Source: Mobula hypostoma (lineage: Eukaryota). Taken from it: a stretch of DNA of 64,000 nt. This document shows, one piece after another, positions 25,410-37,207 of the stretch. The position numbers were made by a program, and so were the translations under genes. Where the stretch lies: positions 109,556,001 through 109,620,000 of the forward strand of contig NC_086108.1 in assembly GCF_963921235.1 (NCBI RefSeq), given 5' to 3'. Position 1 is the stretch's first letter, and each line of letters starts with the position of its first letter. A model generated the notes under the pieces. The model was not told the origin of the DNA. It saw only the letters and a program-made list of their open reading frames with translations, and ran no database searches.

Positions 25410-25835
25410 TCCCTCCCGGCACTTATCCGTGTAAGCGGAACAAGTGCTACAACATGCCCTCACACTTCCTCCCTTACCACCATTCAGGGCCCCAAACAGT
25501 CCTTCCAGCTGAGGCAACACTTCACCTGAGAGTTGACTGGGGTGATATACTGCGTCCGGTGCTCCTGACGTGGCCTTTTATATATTGGCGAGAACCGATG
25601 CAGACTGGGAGACCGCTTTGCTGAACATCTATGCTCTGTCCGCCAGAGAAAGCAGGATCTCCCAGTGGCCACACATTTTAATTCCACATCCCATTCCCAT
25701 TCTGACATGTCTATCCACAGCCTCCTCTACTGTAAAGATGAAGCCACACTCAGGTTGGAGGAACAACACCTTATATTCCGTCTGGGTAGCCTCCAACCTG
25801 ATGGCATGAACATCGACTTCTCTAACTTCCGCTAA
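25410..25835 (+). pseudogene. GIY-YIG endonuclease domain (right arm, stops and frameshift)
   Basis: Mirror of the left arm with in-frame TGA stops and a 1-nt insertion in the linker. Confidence 0.85.
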
Positions 25836-26125
25836 GGCCCCACCTCCCCCTCGCACCCTATCTGTTACTTATTTTTATGCACACATTCTTTCTCTCACTC
25901 TCCTTTTTCTCCCTCTGTCCCTCTGAATATACCTCTTGCCCATCCTCTGGGCCCCCCCCCGTCTTTCTTCCCGGACCTCCTGTCCCATGATCCTCTCGTA
26001 TCCCCTTTTGTCTATCACCTGTCCAACTCTCGGCTCTATCCCTCCCCCTCCTGTCTTTTCCTATCATTTTGGATCTTCCCCTCCCCCTCCCACTTTCAAA
26101 TCCCTTACTCACTCTTCCTTCAGTT

Positions 26126-26161
26126 AGTCCTGATGAAGGGTCTCGGCCTGAAACGTCGACT
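26126..26161 (+). ncRNA. Minimal hammerhead ribozyme motif (right arm)
   Basis: AGTC-CTGATGA-AGGGTCTCGGCCT-GAAACGTC-GACT: perfect 4-bp stem I and intact core. Confidence 0.7.
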
Positions 26162-26935
26162 GCACCTCTTCCTACAGATGCTGCCTGGCCTGCTGCGTTC
26201 ACCAGCAACTTTGATGTGTGTTGCTTGAGTTTCCAGCATCTGCAGAATTCCTGTTGTTTACCTCCATCTTACCGAAGTCTTAATGGAATAGCAGCATTGA
26301 TGTAGGAAAAATAAAGTTTTACCTCGTTAAATCCAGAATGTGCTATCCACAAAATTCTCTCCACAAGCAAGGAAATGATTCCAGTCATCTCAGCCTGAAC
26401 TAATGTCTTTTGAGAGGCCTTTTAATTTCTGTCTCATACCAACCACCAGGCTGAGTTGGTGTTACATAAGTAATTAACGTTCTAATTGGGTGGTCTTGTT
26501 ACACTAAGTAATTGCTGTTCATTTTGAAAATTAAAATTCTTGAAAATCCAATTGAAAACAAAGTATGATCTGTCAATTTAACCTTCAGAAACCACGGCTC
26601 TATTCAAATACAATTGCAAAAATAATCATATTAAACAGAACAACCAATGTAATATTTGCTTAATGCGTAAGAGAGTGTGGAATGTTGTGTTCACCTTGAA
26701 CAAATCTCAACAAAAGACATGGAAATATGTTTGGAAGTTTTGAGTTAATTTTGGCCTTTGATTCCATTGCCTGCTTTCTCACTAATCTCCTTCCTCGTCT
26801 CCTCGTTCTGCTTTAGTTTCATCTCCTATTTTTATTTTATTTATAGAGGTAGCACATAATAGGCCCTTCCAGCAACCCCCAACAACCCTGAGGTTCTCCT
26901 AGCCTATTCTTTATAGGCTACCAAATGTCACCAAA

Positions 26936-27692
26936 TGTCACCAAACAATTGATACTAGAGCGTACAATCATCACAGCGATATTTGATTCTGCTCTTTCTG
27001 CTCCCTGGAGTACAAATCGATAGTAAATATTAAAAATTTAAATTATAAATCATAAATAGAAAATAGAAAAAGGGAAGTAAGGTAGTGCAAAAAACCTGAG
27101 ATGCAGGTCCAGATATTTGGAGGGTACGGCCCAGATCCGAGTCAGGATCCGTTCAGCAGTCTTATCACAGTTGGAAAGAAGCTGTTCCCAAATCTGGCCA
27201 TATGAGTCTTCAGGCTCCTGAACCTTCTCCCAGAGGGAAGAGGGACGAAAAGTCTGTTGGCTGGGTGGGTCATGTCCTTGATTATCCTGGCAGCACTGCT
27301 CCGACAGCTTGCCGTGTAAAGTGACCACTGTGTAAAGTACTGACAGGACAATTTACAATGACCAGTAATCCATTCGTCTTTGGACTGCAGGAGGAAGCCA
27401 GAGGACCCAGAGAAAATCCACCATTCCACAGGGACGACATATCCTTACTAAGGATGCTAGAATTGAACTCCAAACTCTGACACGCTGAGCTGTAATAAGC
27501 ATCTCGCTAACCACTATGTAACTGTGGCACCCACAATTCAGCACCTCAGTCCAAAAACAGCTACCATCGGGCCAGAAGGCTGCTGTTACAAGGATTATCC
27601 CTGAGTAATAATAATCAGTTAGGCACTGTATTTACTGACCAGTACCTTTATTGTCTCAACTAAAAGGCATGTGAATTTACATAACCAAATAC
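26936..27692 (-). repeat. Composite (Rex-like 3' end + V-SINE head + unique DNA), copy 1
   Basis: Co-linear with 33079-33827, including the LINE/SINE junction gtgtaaagtgaccactgtgtaaagta. Confidence 0.9.
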
Positions 27693-27839
27693 ATGTGAGC
27701 ACACCTACTAAATTCCCCTGGCCCTCCATGAACAGTTAAATATAGAAAAGATAATACTTAGGAAAGGAGACTACACTTCAACATGGGTCCTCCACGTCGA
27801 TGATCTTAGTCTCTGAGGAGTTGTTGCTATTTACATTCT

Positions 27840-29720
27840 TTCTTTTTAAATCTTTTTATTAAATTAGTACACACAGGGTAAAACATGCAGCAACCAATAC
27901 ATTGTTATGATATAGATATACAAGAAATATTAATACAAAAAAAGAATGAAAACAACATAGGTTAGTTAAAAAAATAACAAGATGATATAATTGTATACTA
28001 GTTTTCCACATAATGGTAAAGAGAAAAAAAACCCCAAAAAACTCCCGTGTCACTAAGCTACAAAGCAAAGCAATGGGCTAGCTAGGTAAATGGTAAACTT
28101 AACCAGATTAAACAATCACGTCCTCAAACCCGACCTCCATTAATAGCAGATAAAATCCACGAAGGGAGTATGTATATGATTAGAGAGAAAAAATATAGTT
28201 ACATTAAATGAAAATATTGAATAAAAGATCTCCAGGTCTGTTCAAATTTAACTGAAGTATCATAAAGATTACTTCTGATTTTTTCCCAAATTTAGACAAT
28301 CATTTGAGAGAACCAGAAAAACATAGTTGGGGCATTAATCTCCTTCCAATGTTGTAAAATACACCTTTTCGCCATTAAAGTAAGAAATGCAATCATTCTA
28401 CGTGCTGAAGGGGATAAATTACTAGAAGTTTTAGGTAATCCAAAGAAAGCAGTAATAGGATGGGGAGAAATATCACTGTTCAAAACCTTTGAAATATTAA
28501 AAATCTCTTTCCAAAAAGTTTCCAGAGTAGGACAAGACCAAAACATATGGGTCAAGGAGGGTATCTCGCCATGACATCTAATACAAAGAGGGTTAATATG
28601 AGAATAAAAAGGAGCTAATTTATCTTTAGACATGTGTGCTCTATGGACAACTTTAAACTGAATTAAGGAGTGTTTGGAACAGATAGAGGAAATATTAACT
28701 AGTCGTAAAATATGAGCCCAGTCATCCGCCGAGATAGTAAGGTCCAATTCCTTTTCCCAATCGGTCCTAATTTGACAAGGTCCCGCATGGGAGGTTAGTT
28801 AGGAAAATTCAGTCACTAGGTATACATGGAGAGGTGGTAAATTGGATTAGACATTGGCTCGATGGAAGAAGCCAGAGAGTGGTGGTAGAGAATTGCTTCT
28901 CCGAGTGAAGGCCTGTGACTAGTGGTGTGCCACAGGGATCAGTGCTGGGTCCATTGTTATTTGTCATCTATATCAATGATCTGGATGATAATGTGGTAAA
29001 TTGGATCAGCAAGTTTGCTGATGATACAAAGATTGGAGGTGTAGTAGACAGTGAGGAAGGTTTTCAGAGCCTGCAGAGGGACTTGGATCAGCTGGAAAAA
29101 TGGGCTGAAAAATGGCATATGGAGTTTAATACTGACAAGTGTGAGGTATTGCATGTTGGAAGGACAAACCAAGGTAGAACATACAGGGTTAATGGTAAGG
29201 CACTGAGGAGTGCAGTGGAACAGAGGGATCTGGGAATACAGGTACAAAATTCCCTAAAAGTGGCGTCACAGGTAGACAGGGTCGTAAAGAGAGCTTTTGG
29301 TACATTGGCCTTTATTAATCAAAGGGGGGGCTTCTTCACACAGAGTGGTGGGAGTATGGAATGAGCTGCCAGACGAGGTGATAAATGCGGGTTCTTTTTT
29401 AACATTTAAGAATAAATTGGACAGATACATGGGAGGTGTTTGGATGGATATGGTCCGTATGCAGGTCAGTGGGACTAGGCAGAAAATGGTTCGGCACAGC
29501 CAAGGAGGGCCAAAAGGCCTGTTTCTGTGCTGTAGTTTCTATGGTTTCTAATCTTATCAAATGGAGCTATCCTAAGTTTCATGATATTATAAATAATAGC
29601 CGTTACACCTTTCTGACACGGGTTGAGGTTAATGATAGCGTCTATACTATTTGTAAGGGGTAACGCTACTTGCATTCGAAGCTCCTTACTTTTAAACACA
29701 TCTTATCAGTCCAAATTTGG
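27840..29720 (-). mobile_element. L1-clade LINE 3' end, interrupted by CR1 at 28772-29550
   Basis: ORF 28292-28747 has the zf-RVT-like motif QFKVVHRAH..CIRC..LTHMFWSCP..FW; A-rich tail at ~27840-27860. Confidence 0.85.
28772..29550 (+). mobile_element. CR1 fragment with internal deletion
   Basis: [14 protein letters not shown]; jumps from LAFINQ directly to GGFFTQ at ~29324. Confidence 0.9.
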
Positions 29721-30044
29721 GTTGCAATCTCATTGGCTCTAGGTCATCTGACTGACCTGTGTCACCTTCTTATTGGCCCTGGTCCAAGCCAGCATCTATT
29801 TATTACTCTTCTGCAAGTGGCAATTGGTAATTTATGGCTCTGTTCTAAATCGGTTAACAAACCAGTAACCAGCAGACACAGACCCCACCATTTACAAACC
29901 TGCATATTATACCATACCAAAGATCACTTCACAAATAACTTCTTATTTATGATCTCTAGTCCAGCAGATTACCTGGAGTATCATTGTCTCTACTTTAAAA
30001 CACTGATTCAGCCAAGCAACGCTGTTAAGATTGATCTATAGAGT

Positions 30045-32865
30045 CTCTCGGAAGCAGAGGTGGAGGAGTATGCCTTATGATCAATTCTTCTCGGTGCGCA
30101 AATATATCAGTGCTTTCCCAGTTCTGCTCACCAGATCACGCAGGAATATCTTGCAGTTAAGTGCCGTCCATTTTACCTACTGCGGGAGATCTCCAGGATC
30201 ATTTTGGTAGTGGTATACAGTCTACCTCAGGCCAGTGTCAATCAGGCTTTAGATGATCTGAGCAATGGGATCAACATGCACGAAACAGCGCACTCCAACG
30301 CCTTCACCATCATTTTGGGGGATTTTAACCAGGCCAGTCTGAAAAAAAAAATCACTGAACAATTACCATCAACAGATCACTTGCAATACCAGAGGAAAGA
30401 ACACACTGGACCATTGTTACACCATCATCAAGAATGCCTACCATTCTATCCCACACCCTCTCTCCGGGAAGTCTGATCACCTGACTGTACTTCGACTCCC
30501 TGAGTATAGGAAGAGACTGAAGACTGCAGCACCAGTAGTGAGGACCAAGAAGGTATGGACAAGAGAAGAACAGGAGCACCTACAGGACTGCTTTGAAACA
30601 GTGGACTGGACTGTATTCAGGATTCCATCCTCAAATCTGGATGAGTATGCTGCAGTTGTTACTGATTTCATTAAAACCTGTGTGGATGAGTGTGCGCCTA
30701 CAAAGACTTACTGTACATTCCCAAACCAAAAGCTGTGGATAAACCAGCAGGTACGTCGTCTGCTGAAGGCTAAATCTGTGGCATTCAAGGCTGGTGACCC
30801 AGGTATGACTTGCAGAGGGCTATTTCAAGGGCAAAGAGACAATTTCGAATGAGGTTGGAGGTGACATCAGATGTACGACAACTCTGGCAGGGCTTGCAAA
30901 ACTTACTTCCTACAAGGCAAAACCCAATAGCATGAATGTCAGCAATGCTTGATTACCAGATGAACTCAATGCCTTCTACACCCGCCTTGAAAGGAATAAT
31001 ATAACTACAGCTGCGAAAATCCCTGGTGCACCCGGTGACCCTGTGATTTTTGTCTCGGAGGCCAATGTTAGGCTGTCTTTAAAGAGGGTGAACTCTAGCA
31101 AGGCAGAGGACCCAACGGAGTACTCCCAGGCAGACTGCCTGGCAATGTTTAGGGGGCATGTTCGTGCCCAGGCAAATATTGAGAAGGAACATGCACTGTC
31201 CACGGCAACCATAGAGGTGTTCCGGGACCACTGGGCTCCGCAGGGGTTATTGCCATCACAGAGATGGAAACGTTTTAGTTTAATGCGTATTGTCTATTTG
31301 TAGTGTAGTAATTGTGTTAGTCACTGGTTTGTATATATAGCACTGAATTTATAATAAAGATATTTTGTATATAAAAGAAATGGAGTACCTGGTAAGGCTC
31401 TGAAAACTTGTGCCAACCAACTGGTGGAAATATTCAAGGACATTTTTAACCTCTCACTGCTACGGGCAGAAGTTCCCACTTGCTTCAAAAAGGCAACAAT
31501 TATACCTGTACCCAAGAATAATGTGAGCTACTTTAATGACTATTGCCCGGTAGCACTCAGATCTACAGTGATGAAACGCCTCGAGAGGTTGGTCATGACT
31601 AGACTGAACTCCTGGCTCAGCAAGGACCTGGACCCACTGCTATTGCCTATCACTACAATAGGTCAACAGCAGACGCAATCCCAATGGCTCTTCACACCAG
31701 GACAAAACAAACACCAATGTCAAGATGCTGTTCATTGACTATATTTAATACCATCAGTATTTAATACCATCATTCCCACAATCTTGTTTGATAAGTTACA
31801 GAACCTGGGCCTTTGTACCTCACTCTGCAATTGGATGCTCAAATTCTGAACTGGAAGAACACAATCTCTGCAGATTGGTGATAACATCTCCTCCTTGCTG
31901 ATGATCAATACTGGTGCACCTCAAGGCTGTGTGCTTAGCCCACTGCTCCACTCTCTCTATACCCAAGATTGTGTGGCTAGGTATAGCTCAAATACCATCC
32001 ATAAATTTGCTGATGATACGACCATTGTTGGTAGAATCTCAGATGGAGATGAGAGGGCTTACAGGAGCAAGATATGCCAACTAGTGGAGTGGTGTCACAG
32101 AAACAACCTTGCACTCAATGTCAGTAAGACAAAAGAGCTGATGGTGGATTTCAGAAGGGTAAGGTAAAAGAACACATACCAATCCTAGTAGAGGGATCAG
32201 AAGTGGAGAGCATGAGCAGTTTCAAGTTCCTGGGCATCAAGATTTCTGAGGACCTAACCTGGTCCCAACATATCGATGCAGCGATAAAGGCAAGCCAGCA
32301 ACTATACTTTATTAGGAGTTTGAAGAGATTTGGTATGTCAACAAAAACACTCAAAAACTTCAATAGATGTACTGTGGAGAGCATTCTGACAGGCTGGAAC
32401 ACTATCTGGTATGGGGGGGGCACGAGTGGGGGGGCTACTGCACAGGACCAAAAGAAGCTGCAGAGGGTTGGAAATATAGTTGGCTCCATCTTGGGTACTA
32501 GCCTACATAGTACCCAGGACATCATCAAGGAGTGGTGTCTCAGTAAGGCAGCATCCATTATTAAGAACCTCCAGCACCCAGGGCATGCCCTTTTCTCACT
32601 GTTACCATCAGGTAGGAGGTACAGAAGCCTGAAGGCACACACTCAGCGATTCAGGAACAGCTTCTTCCCCTCTGCCATCAGATTCCTAAATGGACATTGA
32701 ACCTATGAATATTATCTCACTTTTTAATATATATTATTTCTGGTTTTGCGCAATTTTAAATCTATTCAATATACGTATAGTTAATTGATTTATTTTTTCT
32801 TCTTCTACATTATGTATTGCATTGAACTGTTGCTGCTAAGTTAACGAATTTCATGGCACATGCCA
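30045..32865 (+). mobile_element. Rex1/Babar-like LINE (APE endonuclease, RT, C-terminal domain), decayed
   Basis: GDFNQASL, SDH, VPTCFKKATIIPVPK, TGAPQGCVLSPLL, KFADDTTIVG, LPSGRRYRSL..RFRNSFFPSAIRFLN. Confidence 0.9.
31124..31378 (+). mobile_element. L1/Tx1-like 3' fragment nested in the Rex-like LINE
   Basis: DCLAMFRGHVRA..EKEHALST..FRDHWAPQG, AATAAA and an A-rich end; TSD AA(C/T)GGAGTAC (31114-31123/31379-31388). Confidence 0.6.
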
Positions 32866-32902
32866 TGCTCACTTTTTGTATTACATATTTAATTTTTATT
32901 TA

Positions 32903-33976
32903 TATACTCAGTGGCCACATTATCAGGTATAGGAGGCACCTAATAAAGTGGCCACTGAATGTATTTCAGTATGCTTTTGGTCATTAACAAGGAATTTTCA
33001 CCCACAGAACTGCCATTCACTGGAAGCTTTTTTTTTGGTTTTTACACCATTCCTTGTGAACCTTACTTTATACTTTATTGTCGCCAAACAATTGATACTA
33101 GAGCGTACAATCATCACAGCGATATTTGACTCTGCTCTTCATGCTCCCTGGAGTTCAAGTCGATAGTAAATACTAAAAATTTAAATTATAAATCATAACT
33201 AGAAAATAGAAAAGGGAAAGTAAGGTAGTGCAAAAAAAACGAGAGGCAGGTCCGGATGTTTGGGGGTAACGGCCCAGATCCGGGTCAGGATCTGTTCAGC
33301 AGTCTTATCACAGTTGGAAAGAAGCTGTTCCCAAATCTGGCCATACGAGTCTTCAAGCTCCTGAGCCTTCTCCCGGAGGGAAGAGGGACGAAAAGTGTGT
33401 TAGCTGGGTGGGTCGTGTCCTTGATTATCCTGGCAGCACTGCTCCGACAGCGTGCGGTGTAAAGTGACCACTGTGTAAAGTATTCACAGGACAATTACAA
33501 TGACCGGTAACCCGTTCGTCTTTGTTCTGCGGGAGGAAGTCAGAGGGCCCAGAGAAAATCCACCATTCCACAGGGACGACATATCCTTACTAAGGATGCC
33601 AGAATTGAACTCTGACACGCTGAGCTGTAATAAGCATCGCGCTAACCACTATGTAACTGTGGCACCCACAATTCAGCACCTCAGTCCAAAAACAGCTACC
33701 ATCGGGCCAGAAGGCTGCTGTTACAAGGATTATCCCTGAGTAATAATAATCAGTTAGGCACTGTATTTACTGACCAGTACCTTTATTGTCTCAACTAAAA
33801 GGCATGTGAATTTACAGAACCAAATACCTAAGTCACATATCTTCCCCATTCTAATGTTTGCTCTAAACAAGTAAACATCTTGAATTTTTTTATGCATTGA
33901 GTTGCTGCCACATGATTGGCTGATTAGATCGTTTCACTAACAAGCACTTGCACGGGTGTACCAAATGAAGTGGTTT
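32903..33976 (-). mobile_element. Tc1/mariner non-autonomous element, interrupted at ~33062-33828
   Basis: TIR cagtggccac.ttat.aggta; internal segments are reverse complements of 53606-54171. Confidence 0.7.
33079..33827 (-). repeat. Composite duplication, copy 2
   Basis: Co-linear with 26936-27692; LINE tail actttatactttattg at 33065-33080. Confidence 0.9.
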
Positions 33977-34139
33977 GTTACCTTATACAACCTGGAGATT
34001 CATTTTTTGCAGGTATTTTCTGCTCTCTTTTTTGCAGTACCTATCTTAATATATTTCTAATTAAAAGTGATAGTATATTTTACTGTATGTATTGGACTGG
34101 ACTGCTGCAAAACAACAAAATTCACAACACGTCAGTGAT

Positions 34140-34660
34140 AATAAACTTGATTCTGATTCTTAATAGAAATAGTAGAATTTTATGAGAAACTATGCATAAA
34201 CAAAGGCTGATAAACCACCAATCCGCTAAAGAGGACAAACTGTGCATATAAAATTAATACTGAGAACACGAATTGCCAAGTCCTTGAAAGTGAGTCTGGA
34301 TGATCTGGAATCAGTTCAGAGTTGAGGTCAGTGAATTTATCAGTGCTGGCTCAGAAGTCTGATCATTCCTGAATCGTTTGGTTTGGGACCTAAATTCCTG
34401 GACCTCCTGCCCGATGGTAGTCACGAGACAAGTGCATGGACGTGATGGTGCGGGTCCTCGATGATGGCTGCTGCTTTCTTAAGGCAGTGTTCTTTGTAAA
34501 TGTGCTCAATGGTGGGGAGGGCATTGTGATGAACTGAGCTGTATTTAGCACTTTCTGCTCCAAGGCGCTGGTGTTTCCATACCAAGCCATGATGTAGCCA
34601 GTTACGATACACTCCACTATGAGGTTTTTGAAGTTTTTGCCAAATATCTAAGAAAGTAGA
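34140..34660 (-). mobile_element. Decayed Rex-like 3' end
   Basis: ECIVTGYIMAWYGN..LPTIEHIYKEHCLKKAAAIIEDPHH. Confidence 0.7.
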
Positions 34661-36431
34661 CATGAGAGAATAAGACCAATCAAGTGTGACAGTGGAAAAG
34701 TGTGTATGGAACCAGAGGAAATAGCGGAGGTACTTAATGAATACTTTACTTCAGTATTCACTACGGAAAAGGATATTTGGCGATTGTAGGGACGACTTAC
34801 AGTGGACTGAAAAGCTTGAACATGTAGATATTAAGGACAAGGATGTGCTGGAGCTTTTGGAAAGCATCAAGTTGGATAAGTCACCAGGACCGGACAGGAT
34901 ATACCCCAGACTACTGTGGGAAGCAAGGGGAGAGATTGCTGAGCCTCTGGCCATGATCTTTGCTTCATCAATGAGGACAGGAGAGGTTCCAGAAGATTGG
35001 AGGGTTGCAGATGTTGTTCCATTATTCAAGAATGGGAGTAGAGATAGCCCAGGAAATTATAGGCCGGTGAGTCTTGCTTCAGTGCTTGGTAAGTTGGAGA
35101 AGATCCTGAGAGGCAGAATTTATGAACATTTGGAGAGGTATAATATGATTAGGAATAGGCAGCATGGCTTTGTCAAAGGCAGGTTGTGCCTTACGAGCCT
35201 GATTGAATTTGAGGATGTGACAAAACACATTGATGAAAGTAGAGCTGTAGATGTAGTGTATATGGATTTTAGCAAGGCATTTGTCAAGGTATCCCATGCA
35301 AGGCTTATTGAGAAAGTAAGGAGGCATGGGATCCAAGGGGACATTGCTTTGTGGATCCAGAACTGGCTTGCCCACAGAAGGCAAAGTGGTTGTAGATGGG
35401 TTATATTCTGCATGGAGGCCGGTGACTAGAGGTGTGCCTCAGGGATCTGTTCTGGGACCCCTACTCTGTGATTTTCATAAATGACCTGGATGAGGAAGTG
35501 AAGGGATGGGTTAGTAAATTTGCTGATAACACAAAGGTTGGGGGTGTTGTGGATAGTATGGAGGGCTGTCAGAGGTTACAGCGGGACATTGATAGGATGC
35601 AAAACTGGGCTGAGAAGTGGCAGGTGGAGTTCAAACCAGATAAGTGTGAGGTGGCTCATTTTGGTAGGTCATATATGATAGCAGAATACAGCATTAATGG
35701 TAAGACTCTTGGCAGTGTGGAGGATCAGAGGGATCTTGGGGGTCTGAGTCCATAGGACACTCAAAGCTCTACACAGGTTGACTGTGGTTAAGAAGGCATA
35801 CGGTGCATTGGCCTTCATCAATCGTGGGATTGAGTTTAAGAGCCGAGAAGTAATGTTGCAGCTATATAGGACCCTGGTCAGACCACACTTGGAGTAGTGT
35901 GCTCAGTTCTGGTCACCTCACTACAGGAAAGATGTGGAAGCCATAGAAAGGGTGCAGAGGAGATTTACAAGGATGTTGCCTGGATTGGGGAGCATGCCTT
36001 ATGAGAATAGGTTGAATGAACTTGGCCTTTTCTCCTTGGAGCGACAGAGTATGAGAGGTGACCTGATAGAGGTGTACAATATGATGAGAGGCATTGATTG
36101 TGTGGATAGTCAGAGGCTTTTTCCCAGGGCTGAAATGGCTGGCACAAGAGGGAATAGTTTAATGTGCTTGGAAGTAGGTACAGAGTATATATCAGGGGCA
36201 AGTTTTTTTATGCAGAGAGTGGCGAGTGTGTGGAACGGGCTGCCGGTGGCAGTGGTGGAGGTGGAAACGATAGGGTCTTTTAAGAGGCTCCTGGATGGCT
36301 ACATGGAGCTTAGAAAAATAGAAGGCTATGGGTAAGCCTAGTAATTTCTAAGGTAGGGACATGTTCAGCACAGCTATGTGGGCTAAAGGGCCTGTATTGT
36401 GCTGTTGGTTTTCTCTGTTTTTATGTTTCTA
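34660..36431 (+). mobile_element. CR1 LINE, 5'-truncated
   Basis: ORFs 34737-35429, 35432-35755 and 35934-36335 carry CR1 RT motifs; 3' tail present. Confidence 0.95.
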
Positions 36432-37207
36432 AAGTAGAGCTGCTGTTGTCTCTTCTCTGTGGAATGCACAAGCATTTTATTTGGAGCATAAATATGCACG
36501 TATAAGTCAGATTTCAATCTCTGAAGGACATCAAACAATTGGACAGATCTTTAGAAATTACATTGCTTCATGGCGAAGTACTCCACAACTGTTGTCTTCC
36601 CAACTCAGTGAAACTAATAAAATTTCTCAGTTGACAGGTTGGATACAGGAAGGAAGATGCCTTGAATGAGGGGTCTGGAACCAAGGTACATATTTTCAGT
36701 ATTGGAAGTGTCTTATCTGTGTGATGGCACACAGGCACCCTGGATACTCATTTTCCAGGCCTTGAGACTTATTGCCAATCTCAGCTTTCTACTAGACCAA
36801 AGGATTAGCGTTGTTTGTGACAAAGCTGAATTCCAAACCAACATTCCTCACTCAGTAAACTATAAGCAACTTTCGGTTGTTATTGTAAATTGCAAGCAGT
36901 AACCTGTTTGAAGTTAAAAGGACACCTGAGATAGTTTGAGTGAAGTAACTGTCTGCACACAACTACTTAGTGATTAAATAAGAGCATGCACAAAGATGGC
37001 TTTAACTGGTGTATTCATATTGCAGCAAGAACGAGAACAATGTGCATGAGTAGAAAACAGCGCATGCGCAGACAACAAATCAATACGTAGTGCTTGGGGG
37101 TGTCATTACTCTAAAAGAAATAGATCCATACATTACACTTCTCCCCCCTTTCTTAATGCAATATACAACTATGTACAAAATATTCAATTTCCCTTTCATA
37201 AACATTC

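Larger units (their letters stand above)
24111..26259. mobile_element. Fold-back (inverted) Neptune-like Penelope insertion
   Basis: Arm 24111-25126 (-) is the reverse complement of arm 25203-26222 (+). 76-nt spacer, 37-nt tail on the right arm only, 14-bp TSD ACC(A/T)CCATCTTACC (24097-24110/26260-26273). Confidence 0.9.

Noticed and set aside
25525..25570. In-frame TGA at a Cys position of the GIY-YIG as selenocysteine
   Set aside because: The mirror arm has TGT and CGA at these codons and this arm also has a frameshift, so ordinary decay explains it.
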